From the NCBI GenBank assembly GCA_032718475.1, contig JAUCBJ010004194.1:1-64000 (forward strand): a DNA stretch of 64,000 nt, in the 5' to 3' direction. The notes under the pieces are model-generated. The model saw only the letters and a list, made by a program, of their open reading frames with translations, was not told where the DNA came from and made no database searches. Of the stretch, positions 13,539 to 25,170 are shown one piece after another (within the stretch, counting starts at the first letter, position 1; each line of letters starts with the position of its first letter). The stretch is from Nemertoderma westbladi (Eukaryota > Animalia > Xenacoelomorpha). A program made the position numbers and the translations under genes.

Positions 13539-14843
13539 TCAATTAGAATTAGCATAAACAAATATTCCATTAACATATGCAGCAAACAAACTTTCCATTA
13601 TTTCTTTGTTACTTTCAATGGAAAATTTATAACATAGTACATACAGATTGTTTGCAAGGACGAAAATTGACATGAAAAGAAACATCAACATATCTACAAT
13701 CTTCAAAAATGTTTGGCCTATATTTCGCCTCTGGTACCATCGCAATTGAGTTTCTGGAAACTCGTTCACTTTTTTGTTGATATTTCCCACGATATTGTAG
13801 CTGGAATTCCTTACAGTGCTTAGTCTTGAAGCTCTTTTGTCCACAAAATGATGTGCCTGTGAAAGGATTACAACCATGATCACACTAATCAAAGTAACTA
13901 AGACGTTTAAGTAATACAACTTACAAAGAATAGGTATAGTCCTTCCTGCAGGTGGGAGGTAATCCTGTACTACAACGAGATTGAGTAGTTGAGCAAAAAA
14001 TAGAGCTGAAACCAGTCCGATTCGATCCCCCTCTTCATATGGTATAAGAAAAATAAATGGGATTATGGCACTTATAATAATTGAAGGAAAAATTATGGTC
14101 TGGAAATAGAAATGAGGTATTCTTTGTAATGCGACAGCATATGTGAGAACTGTAAATTGTTCTGGCCCTCTACCTGGCTTCATTAGGAATAGAGTTGGTG
14201 TTGAAGTTATAATGCTGTTATTCCAATTCCATTCATTGGAAGATAAACGGACACTACCCATTATCGGTGCCATTATATCTTCACTCCAATGCAAAGCAAC
14301 TAAATTATCATTGTAGGTCCATGATGAAAAGTTGAACGTCGCTATTTGAATGTCATATGGGAAGTATGTTGCAACAAAGTTCTGAGCTGATTGCATTTTC
14401 CATCTCTGAAAGCGATTCATCTGACCTGTATATTCGATGGTTAGATAGTTCACCACATCTCCATCACCAACTTCAAGCATACCAAGCAGTACTATTTGAG
14501 GAGTCCATACTCTAATAGGATCAACTGTAATCTCTTTGATCCCAAGAAACTCATCTGGGTTCCATTGTAGCATTTCATCCTTCCAGTATGCCACTATCCA
14601 GGCAGAGAATGTAAGTGTAGAATGGATGATGTTAATGTCAATAATGTGGGTGAGCTGAAATAGAACTCCGACATCTATAACATTACTCTGATTTATGATT
14701 GGTCGCGTTTCAGGGTGATAATTAGCAAACAATTGTTCTTTTAATTCTCCTGTTGCCAACATAATTGACCTGGTAGAATTATCTATATTTGCATTGGTAG
14801 ATTCCATGACAACAATGATTAATATAATTGCTGCAGCAAACAT
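13539..14843 (-). CDS. Intronless pentameric ligand-gated ion channel subunit (nAChR/5-HT3-like) lacking the Cys-loop cysteines
   Basis: Signal peptide; LFANYHPETRP, WKDEMLQWNP, VWTPQI, YFPYDIQ, FSSWTY, NEW, LQRIPHFY; four TM helices with EEGDRI before M2 and LPP after it; open 434-aa ORF. Confidence 0.92.
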   Translation of the reverse strand: MFAAAIILIIVVMESTNANIDNSTRSIMLATGELKEQLFANYHPETRPIINQSNVIDVGVLFQLTHIIDINIIHSTLTFSAWIVAYWKDEMLQWNPDEFLGIKEITVDPIRVWTPQIVLLGMLEVGDGDVVNYLTIEYTGQMNRFQRWKMQSAQNFVATYFPYDIQIATFNFSSWTYNDNLVALHWSEDIMAPIMGSVRLSSNEWNWNNSIITSTPTLFLMKPGRGPEQFTVLTYAVALQRIPHFYFQTIIFPSIIISAIIPFIFLIPYEEGDRIGLVSALFFAQLLNLVVVQDYLPPAGRTIPILCKLYYLNVLVTLISVIMVVILSQAHHFVDKRASRLSTVRNSSYNIVGNINKKVNEFPETQLRWYQRRNIGQTFLKIVDMLMFLFMSIFVLANNLYVLCYKFSIESNKEIMESLFAAYVNGIFVYANSN

Positions 14844-15265
14844 GTTTAATAGTTTTTGTAATATACATGGAGGTGATAGAAAGATTCAATAATTAACTTA
14901 TAATACGAGACAGTGGTGGGGGGGGGGGGGGGGCTAGTTGCTCAAATCCCTTCTTGGGGAATTAATATCACACTTCAATGTTAAATTCTCAATTTAGGGA
15001 AAGGAGCAGGTTTCAGTGGCTCGTTATTTTAACCAATACAATAAACTAAACACAATAAAACAGGTTACTTTTGTATTTGCGTCGAATTTCCCCTGGAGAG
15101 GGGAAATTGCGTCCAGTTTCCCACCCTGATCTGCATAATACAGGCTCGAACACGTTTGACATTGATGTTGCGGTTGATAAAATGACCCCAACTAGAGGGT
15201 TGCTATATATACAATGACAATGAACTATAGCAGATATAAGGAATATTAAAAAGAAATGTGGGTAG

Positions 15266-16385
15266 CTATGGCGTCTCAAAGGGATCAAAATCATAACAAT
15301 TATTGCAGTACTTTGAAATAATATAATAGTGTATGCAAATAATTAAATAACTCATGAAAATATTTAAATCTCTCATGAAAATATTTAAATCTCTCATGAA
15401 AATATTTACATTACTCATGAAATATTTAAAAGATGCCCAATTGTTATTGCGGCAATAAATAATTATTGCGGCAATAAATAATTATGGTGGCAATAAATAA
15501 TTATTGCGGCAATAAATAATTATTGCGGAAATATATAATTATTGCGGCAATAAATAATTATTGCGGCAATAAATAATTATTGCGGCAATAAATAATTATT
15601 GCGGCAATAAATAATTATTGCGGCAATAAATAATTATTGCGGCAATAAATAATTATTGCGGCAATTAATATGGCCCATTGGGTTAAGGCGCCACTCCTGA
15701 TTTAAACTATTGGTAACTGGCACAGGTTCGATTTCAACATATGGTTATTATTATAACCTTGACCCTTGACCCTCCAAAGATTGAACGAAATAATAATAGC
15801 CATATGTTGAAATCGAATCTGCGCCAGTTACCAATAGTGGCGCCTTAACTCACTGGGCCATATTTATTGCCGCAATAATTATTTATTGCCGCATTAAATT
15901 ATTTATTGCGTAATAACAATTGGGTTTCTTTTAAAATTCATGAATAATGTAAATATTTTCATAAGTGATTTAAATATTTTCATGAGAGATTTAAATATTT
16001 TCATGAGTGATTTAAATATTTTCATGAGTGATTTAAATATTTTCATGAGTGATTTAAATATTTTCATGAGTGATTTAAATATTTTCATGAGAGATTTAAA
16101 TATTTTCATGAGAGATTTAAATATTTTCATGAGTGATTTAAATATTTTCATGAGTGATTTAAATATTTTCATGAGTGATTTAAATATTTTCATGAGAGAT
16201 TTAAATATTTTCATGAGAGATTTAAATATTTTCAGGAGTGATTTAAATATTTTCATGAGTGATTTAAATATTTTCATGAGTGAATTAATTATTTTCATGA
16301 GTGATTTAAATATTTGCATACACTATTATATTATTTCAAAGACTGCAGTAATTGTTATGATTTTAATACTTTTGAGACGCCATAG
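15266..16385. mobile_element. Foldback element with modular arms (21-bp and 19-bp tandem repeats) and an inverted tRNA-like core
   Basis: Ends ctatggcgtctcaaag... / ...ctttgagacgccatag; 21-mer atttaaatattttcatgagtg arrays at 15345-15430 and 15950-16315; 19-mer ttattgcggcaataaataa array at 15444-15666; mirrored core 15670-15862. Confidence 0.85.
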
Positions 16386-16387
16386 GT

Positions 16388-16647
16388 AATAATAATAATA
16401 ATAATATTGGTTATTTATATAGCGCTTTATTATGCTCGGCATACTCAAAGCGCTTTTATTATCATTACCCCAGCAAAGCCAGGTTCCCATTATACCGCTG
16501 GGTTGACGTAGGCACTAATGTCTAAAGTGTCTTGCCTAGGGACATAACAGTGCGAAATTTCTACAGCCTTTAGTCGGATTCGAAACTGCGCCACCAAACA
16601 CTATTGTGTAAGCAGTTCAGGCGCCATATCCACTGGGACACTGCGAC
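16388..16647 (-). mobile_element. tRNA-derived SINE with conserved core and L2/CR1-type tail
   Basis: Minus strand: A-box-like tgtcccagtggatatggcg, B-box-like gtttcgaatcc, core gtccctaggcaagacacttt...caacccagcggtataatggg, tail aagcgctttgag...aaagcgctatataaat followed by (ATT)n. Confidence 0.8.
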
Positions 16648-17325
16648 ATTATCAGGTAGCAGCTATTAGGTAGCAGCAACATGGAATCAACCACTAACAT
16701 TAACCTGACCTACTAAAAGGAATATTCTCCAGTTTACTAGGTCTAATTTTCTGCTTCCATTTCGAAATCTAACAACATAGAAAAGGCTTTCTGCTGTTGC
16801 TATATCTTGCCTGACGTGATGAGTTGTTAGGCGGACGGAGTTTCTAAGAAGAACTGCGATCACTTGAAAAGTGAAGTGCAGAAGTGGTACTACCTTTTTC
16901 TGCTTGCCATTGATTCAAGCCATCTTTAGACTTGAGTAGGATTATTTCCTTTGGGAAGAAGATCATCCGCCAAAAGGACATATGATTTGCGACTTACAGC
17001 ATACATGCCACTTCAAGCTACAGCAAGTATGCAGTACATAAGCTTGGCATATAGGCCTTTTTGCCTATAGCAAGTTATATTTCCAAGGTTGGCCGCAGGG
17101 GAAGGGTACTCAAAAAACCTACTGCGACACACCCTATGTATCCTGGCATAACAAGCTTTACGTTGGTATTTGCTTCAAGAGCAATACAAACAGATTGACG
17201 TGCAACTCCCTATTATCGACGTAGACGTACACCCACATATCTAACCAGAATAGTTGAATTAGCCTAGAACTTAGTATCACATATTATATTATCATTTCAT
17301 TTCCTAATAACTTTATGTTAAATTT

Positions 17326-17770
17326 TTTTATTCCAAAATTTTAACATTATTCAACGCCGTAGTATTAACAGCGAGTTGTTATTTAGGACTTTACAACTTC
17401 AGAGGACATTACAGCATTGTATTGGCCTGTATATTTAGTATTATATTTCGTGTTATCCGTTATGTAATGTCCCCTTAGTGGACATTACTTAACGCCATCA
17501 TTTGTTACCACGTAAACAATAGGTGGAAATTTGCCTGACAGCCAGCTTAGGCCTACTGCATTACCTACTGGTACGCGGGTTATAGCTATTAATAACTAGT
17601 AGCTATATTATTAACATGTCTCCAAACGCCACCATAAATATAAGCTAACTTATTTATAACATAATTTATGTCATTTTTACATTTATTTATACAGCAACTA
17701 ATTTAATTTGTGCAGTTTCTCATATATATGTACAATCATTTCGTAATGTTAAAATTTTGGAATAAAACTA
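17326..17770. mobile_element. MITE family A, copy 2
   Basis: Same TIRs and body as 7818-8297; the central loop is inverted. Confidence 0.85.
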
Positions 17771-18062
17771 CATACATACTTGTTGCAAAGTACTTTACAG
17801 TGTTCTGATCCTCGTGGCTTTATTTTCACTCACTCACATAGTACTTTATCAAAATTCAAATTATATATATCACACCTGGGCGGACCTATAATGTTAATTA
17901 TTAATTTAAATTAAATAACAGGATGTATGATAGGCCATTCAAAATATTAAAATAATTCAATAAAAGAGAGTGAGTCAGTTTCATTTTGACTCGTAATTTT
18001 GACTGGTATTATTTATTATTCTTGTAATATTTCCATGAACAATGTTTCATCAAGCTTCATCT

Positions 18063-18201
18063 TGTAATATTATGGGTTTGTTCAGAAGTGGAAAAAATGA
18101 GAAAGCGCCTGTTAGGCCGAAACGTACGTATAGCGCTGGTTCAACCCCCGGTGACGCGCTTTCTCATTTTTTCCACTTCTGAACAAACGCATAATATTAC
18201 A
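18063..18201. repeat. Hairpin mini-MITE, ~45-bp arms
   Basis: tgtaatattatg.gtttgttcagaagtggaaaaaatgagaaagcg / cgctttctcattttttccacttctgaacaaac.cataatattaca. Confidence 0.8.
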
Positions 18202-18527
18202 CCTTTAATTACAGTTGCAACAGCTCATTTCCAATTAATTTAAGCTTCATCTTAGTAGGAATCCACGATGACAGTTATTTTTTTTTATCTTTCTATCATT
18301 TATCAAAAATACCAAAATGTTATGCTGCCTGATCTAGACTGTTATGTAGTCATTGTGCGCCTTTCTGACATTAAACACACCTCAAGGGATGGAATGCTTG
18401 AGCATCTGGACAACTTGTCAAAAATCAAACCAAAAATTGTCAAATTTTAAAAATACTTAGACAAAACTTAGATAGAAATACTTAGAAAAATACTAGTCAA
18501 ATTTGTTTCTATTTTGGTTTTCAAGGG

Positions 18528-18692
18528 TGCTGATTCCGATGGCAGTGATTATTTTCAATGAAACTGATCAAATGCTAACTTTTGGCGGCAGCTAAAAAAT
18601 TAAAATTACAAGTAAACTTGTAATTTTGGTGTGACGCCAAAAAACGACAAATCATCAGAATCATTGAAAATAATGATTGCAATCGGAATCAG
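18528..18692. repeat. Inverted repeat / MITE fragment
   Basis: ctgattccgatggcagtgattattttcaatga mirrored by tcattgaaaataatgattgcaatcggaatcag. Confidence 0.65.
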
Positions 18693-19619
18693 GACGCTTA
18701 TCCAAATATAGAAGTGATTGAGATAATTCGACTGTAGAATTTAAAAAGTGTTATTAACTTGCACTTTTCATACTTGGGTGCTTTAAAAATTATACAAAAA
18801 CATTATAAGAGATACTATACTCCTCCACAAGAATCAACTTTACTCGAAAAAGCAATAAACATCACAACAAACTGAAAAACAGGGAGGGTCGTCATCTTAA
18901 TGTCGCCCCCCCGTCGCATCTTAATGTGCAACTTCAATGTACCAGGCCTAATATAATAATAGTAGTATATCAGCAAAGTCGACAATAAGTTGGATAAGAG
19001 GCCTGGCATTATGTAGTCAATCACAAAAAAAGCGACCAAAAATAAATATCTTGTGATGATTTAAAATAAATGTTATTTAATACCTACATATTTCAGAAGG
19101 ATTATTAAGTATGAACAAAATGTCTAATATAGTGAAAAATAAGACATCAATTACCATATTACCTCATGTCTATGTTTAAATAATGAATGATGCTTGCTTG
19201 TCTGTCTGCTGAAGTTATTCCCTAAAGCTGCTGAGTTATTTCAAATTAAAATTGAGGAAATTATGTCTCAGGAATGTTACCTGGGATTCCAATCTGGGTG
19301 GGGGATGAGTCCCGTATACTTATAGCCGGCACAAATTGAATATGATTAGCAACACTCCAATTTTAGCAAACGATTGAGGAATTACGTCTTGATAGAAAAT
19401 AACGATAGATGGACAGGTCTGCTGTGCATCCTTACACAGAGTACCACAGCTCTGCTCCCGAGATCCAACTACGAGCTTTTTAAATGCATTCATTAAATAA
19501 ATTCTTGTTTCGCGATCAGCAGTATTTGCTGATTAACTGCCAATAAGGAGGCCAGCGTCATGGCACTTCGAATGTATATGGAACATACCACTACAATCAG
19601 TTAATATCACTTTCGTTGG

Positions 19620-19748
19620 ACACAGCTTTTCAAAGCTGACCGTCGGCAATGACGTCCGGGTGGGATCGAACTGGTGACCTCAGGGTGGGATCGAACTGGT
19701 GACCACCGGGTTGGAAGTCTCACGTTCTAACCATTCAGCTAGCAGCTC
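19620..19748 (-). mobile_element. tRNA-derived SINE head with a duplicated B-box
   Basis: Minus strand: tagctgaatggttagaacg (A-box), then ggtcaccagttcgatcccacc twice in tandem. Confidence 0.65.
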
Positions 19749-20339
19749 AAGTAAAAGATAGACCTGGAAATACTATCTGATACCTTGTATGTCCGCAATT
19801 TACCTCCTCATGGCCTCCCATTTGTCAATTCCATCACCTGCTGCCACTGTACTCAACCCAACAGTTAATGTAGGGATAAGCACAGTGGCAGCAGATGATG
19901 GTGTTGAGTGACGCTGAGTCAGGTATTGATGCTATTGATATTAAAGTGTGGATAAGTAAAAGGGTACAATGAAAGGGTAGTGTATTAACCATGAAACATC
20001 ACAACTGCTTTTGTTTTTCATTGCCGAGAATTTTGCTCCCTGATATTGTTCAAATACAGTCTGATGAGCAGCACCTGATCTCGTTTAGTACATGAATGAA
20101 TGTTTCACAATAATGGATCTTAGTAATATCAATTTTCTTTGTAATCGCTGGAGAAAACCCTTTGATGGGAAATAGAAACGCTTCCTAGAATTAACATCAT
20201 AGGTTTTGAATGAATAAAACTATGGAGTAACTAATGGATAACAGAGTCCAAGTTTCTTAATTTTATTAACTTTATTAACACGTTATGAAGTGTCTTAATA
20301 ATATTCGATTACAAAATATTGAGCAATGATTTATTAGCA

Positions 20340-21000
20340 TGTACTGTATGTAATTATTTCTTCGCTTGGGCTACGTCAAGGGGCCCCTACAAGTGTAACC
20401 CTTTTTTGTTTATATCTAAATGTGCTTGTTAAAAATATTCGATCCGCATGTAAATCTGATCGATTTTTGGTGATTCTTACAAATCATGTTATTAATGGAT
20501 GATACAGTAATTACAATAGAAATGACTGTGAAAATAAATTAAGAACATTGTTACAGTATTGCCGGGAATATGGGATGCAATTAAATGTAACAAAAAAGAA
20601 ATGTTTTTTGTTAATGGTTCGCCTTCAGAGAGACAACCATTTTCTGTTGATTCAATTACAGTATCTCATTGTACAGATTATGTGTATTTAGGCTCACCTT
20701 TTGAATGAGAGTGGGAAAATTAGGACAACATTAGAATTACAAGCGAAGCGTTGTACTGACTCAGTGAATAAATTCATTATATTTTGTAATGTTAATTGTG
20801 CTGCCGTTATGCCTTTTCATTTAAAATTAAGAGTTTTGGAGGCATCCTTAATTTATGGATGCGAATACTGGTTCACACGAGATCTCAAAATATGAGAAAC
20901 AGTATTATAAAGCAAATAAGGCGTTACTGACGCGTACGTGAGCGTGATAGTACGCCGAACGATCTCTGCCTGGTCGAGCTTGGCTTGAAACCAGCTGTAG
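20340..21000 (+). pseudogene. Decayed non-LTR reverse transcriptase fragment
   Basis: GLRQGGPTS, LMDDTVI, QYCREYGMQLNVTK, YVYLGSPF spread across shifted frames. Confidence 0.7.
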
Positions 21001-23969
21001 AGATAGTAGTTAAAGCAAACAAAACAACCATAAATTAATTTATGGGCCACCATAAATTATGACGTCATGGAGAACTTCCGAAAAAAAAAACAATAAATTA
21101 ATTGGCAAAGATCAGCCACCGTATATAACCTTCACATGGAAACCAGAATGCTATCTTAAATATAATAATTAAATAGAGCGAAATTAAATGCAATATGAGT
21201 TCTCCTTGAGCCGTTTCGCAATTGCGTTGCGCCACTACAGTATTCATTGCGTTGCGTAGCGGATTTTTCAGAAAGCTGATCAATAACAATAGTAAAATAC
21301 ATTAAGTTTTCTATTTACTTCTAAATTACAAATTATATTAGATTTTGATTTTATCGGTATGGGTGGACGCTCCAATGATATATAGTCCTGGTTCAGGATT
21401 TCTGGTGCCAGCACCAGTCACTGCTAAGTTCTACCCAAGGGAATGGAAATTTTCCATATATTTGACATGGCTGATTAACCATACATTAAAGTACACTCTC
21501 GCTTTATATCAGCAATGGTTGCGCAAGGCGCATACTGTCGTGTTTTAGCGTCACTACACTGCACTGCACATACTACTGCGTACCAGGCGGGCTCGTTGCA
21601 GTCAATCATTCGTTTTTCAGCTGTTTAATCAAGGGTATCTAACGCCCTGGTCACATAACTGACAATAATACAGTACAGTAATTAAAATATTTTTATAACT
21701 GAAACTATTGTTTAATAAGAATGATACAGGGTATGACACATATCCATGGCCGGCGTCAATGGGTGCAGCTCCACCCCCCAAAAAGTGTGGAAAGGTCTGT
21801 AATTTTACGAATATATTTTCAATGTCAGAATGTGGACTAATACAATATTTTTTATGTAATTCTTAAACCAAAAGAACACGCAGTCACTTGAATCTGAATC
21901 CAATCACATTTCTGCCCACTTACTATTACTGGGTGATGCTTACTGTCAACAGTCACCATCGTACCGATACCACTACACAATACACCTCTATTACATTACC
22001 TGCAAGTTAGTTACAATATTTTCAATGTTTAGTTCATTTACTTTTGGTTTAGTGTTTAGTACGTGTAGCAGTAACACCCAACTAACAGACGATAGGTCGG
22101 CAATTTGTGACGGGATCTGAGATCCCGACTGGGTAAGATTTATATGCGTCACTTGACTGCTGGTCTGCTGGGCTAGTGTCCTTTTGGCCGAAGCCTGTTG
22201 GGGAAAATAACAGAGTTTGTGTTTCTCGATGTTATATCAGTGTGTATAGTAATAAATGATGTTACTAATAAAGTGATGCAAGTGATGGTTAAAAACTATA
22301 ACCGGTCTGCAACTCTGTGATTAATGAACTGACCAGTAAATCAGTAATCAGGATAACTATATGATTGATACACATAGATATTGGTTTCACCTCTACTTTA
22401 CTTGGCCTTCTGTGCCCAATGGATGCTTTCCTATCTTTTCGCACGTGCTACCCTGCCCGCTATTGGCTTATATTCTAATTGTCACTTTGGCACTCCCTGT
22501 GAGTGTTACCCCCTGCTGCTAGCCTTGACTAGCTGTGTTCTCCCTCCGAGGTGGTTTGACCTCTCACCTCTCTCTGTGGCTTTAGGGCCTGTATCACCCC
22601 CCCCCCCCCGAGTTGGTTATGAGGCGAGATTATTATTGGTAATCTCGTATCGCCTACTATATTGGTAAAATGCCACTGGTCCCATTTTCAGGTGGATAAT
22701 GCAATGGAATTGAATCCGCTTACACTCCCCCCATGCTATCTTCCCGGTAATAAGATAGCATCAACCTTAAGTGCGCTTCGATTCCGCTGGAACCCATCTA
22801 ATATTGGGTGTGGGGTGGAGTTCTTTTCTCGGGGTCGGCTTTCCAGACCGCCCCCCCTGGGTGTGTTATTACTACCCCTCCTTGGTGCAATCGCGAGCTA
22901 TGTTGCACCAAGGTATCTGGTGTCTCTGTTTGAGTCAATTGTGCTCACTCTCCACACAATTTTCTTTACCCTTACTCAAAACTCTCTCATGGACCTTGCT
23001 GTCCCTTATTCTCTCTCCGGTCCCTTGGGACTCTTCCTCTCTCACTGCTTGCTTCCCACAGTTGAATTGCATTGCTTTCACTCCCTCACGCACCAACACC
23101 TCCTCTCCGTACTTCCCCCGTTTCCCTTGTACTCGACCGATTCCTACTCCACTCACCCCTGATGAGCCTCACCCTCCCCTTTGTGCCATCGCACTAAAGA
23201 AGCGTGATCCGTCCAGTGTCTCGTCCTCCTGTCATAGTCAATTGGTCCCCAGTCCCAGTAGCTAATTGGAAAAAGGTTGTATATATGACTATAGTATTTA
23301 CATTGATTGTATATTTATATTGATTCATAGATTATCTACATACATACATACTAATTGCACTTAATTATTTGCACTTAGAAGTTCATATTTTACACTACAT
23401 GTGGTGCCTTCCAGGCACACCCACATCTCTGTCCCTGAGTTCTAGTTCGCTCCTCCCGTCTTCGGGAACCATCTAAGTTCTTTGCCCCTGTCATCGTCTT
23501 GTCTGGGCCGCTTCCTTCCTTCCAGCTTGTCCTCCCTGAGACTTCTCATTCTTGCCATTACCATCTTGCTAAGCCAAACCAAACTCTGCTAAACCAAACT
23601 CTGAAATGGTTAGTTAGTAGGCGTTCTAACTATGTACGACTTATTCTTTCGTGGAGGATTTACCTTACAGCATTGGATGCCTACACCTTCCATAACTAGC
23701 ACTTTATTGGACAGACACTCTACATACACTGCAATCGCCTCAGACCTAACAACAGTTAGACAACAATCCGGCCTACAAATTATTTATACAATCTGAGCAG
23801 GCTTACACACCTTCTGCTCAATATTACACTTACCGGTAAATAAAACTGACAGAAACATATAAGCTCTAAAAGAAATAAGGGGTGTACAGTCCCTACTCTC
23901 TTAAACAGCCTACTAATATACAATATATCATAATCGAAATAATACTGGGTAAGTACCGGTTCGGGTTAC

Positions 23970-25170
23970 TAGGCCTACAGTTTACCGTCCGACCGGTACG
24001 TTCGACTTTATTGCCTACTGAGCAATAAAGAAACTGAAAACTATTAATGTTCTCACCAGAACATTAAACAAAATATATCTATTGCCTACTGCGCAATAAA
24101 GAACTAAATCTATTAATGTTCTCACCAGAACATTAGACAAAATATATTTATTGCCTACTGCGCAATAAAGATGACAAAATCTATTAATGTTCGCGCTGTC
24201 AGACCTTTAGCAGTTTAACCTGCCAATTTTAAATGTCCTTTTGATTATGAATCGACTTTAGCCCTTACCAATTACCTGGTGTACTGAAGTTACATCTGCC
24301 GAAGCCAGTCTGTGCGCGGCGTATGACCCACGGTGTGGGAGACTGGATTCGGGTTCCCTAGGAAGTATTGCAGTGTAGACTACTTTGTATTATTCGATTG
24401 ATCGCTACTATACAATCTCTGACAACTATATTTACTTTCGGGGAAATATTAACAGTTCCTTTAGGACGTGGCGCTTTAAGTATAAAAACAGAGTTATGAC
24501 TTACACTAATCACAACTAAATGGCCACAGCGTTTCGTAAATAGCGCATTCTTTAGGAGATGCTTTATTAACCTTCACACGACTTCATACGACTTCACACT
24601 ATTTCACACTAATTTACACTAATTCACACTAATTTGCCGACTGTCACTGATTTTGATCATATATAAGGAGGATTGCCACTGACACACGTAGGGATTATGA
24701 AATTTAATTCACACAAAACCACACAGTCGCAGTTTAAGTCGCAGTTGCTACCAGTAGACTCTTTTTCCGCTTACCTCAGTAATCAAGAAGATTGAGGGGG
24801 TTTATGATTATTTATCGGTATTCTCCAAATATAACATCCATTAATATAAACAACAATTAACACAATATAAAACAGCAGTAAAAACAGTGCAGTGAACAGT
24901 CAGTATGTGTTCAGTCATATGAGTTGAGATATGTGAGATGAGAGGGTTAATAGATTTACGTTCTTATAACTAAGGCCATCAGATGTTCTTGGGCCAAAGT
25001 CTGAAACGACCGAATTCTGAGATGAATCTAATTCTCAGAAAAACGATAACCATAATGCATTGCGCTAGTTTCCTCAGGTAGGTCTCTACTGGCGTAACTG
25101 GGAAGATTGCTCTGATTGGCTGAATAAGCTTGAACAAAGAGATCTCCACGTACACAAAGAATCAGCTGAC
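23970..25170. repeat. Dispersed repeat homologous to 1-1095, with an internal ~60-bp triplication (24005-24195)
   Basis: ttattgcctactg.gcaataaag...ctattaatgttc occurs three times; remainder colinear with 1-1095. Confidence 0.7.

Noticed and set aside
15903-16389. Repetitive ORFs (KIFKSLM)n and (SDLNIFM)n
   Set aside because: Translations of a 21-bp tandem array within a foldback arm; open only because the unit length is a multiple of 3.
18100-18135. Hammerhead-like gcctgttaggccgaaacg in a hairpin loop
   Set aside because: Stem II and GAAA are present but the CUGAUGA core is missing.
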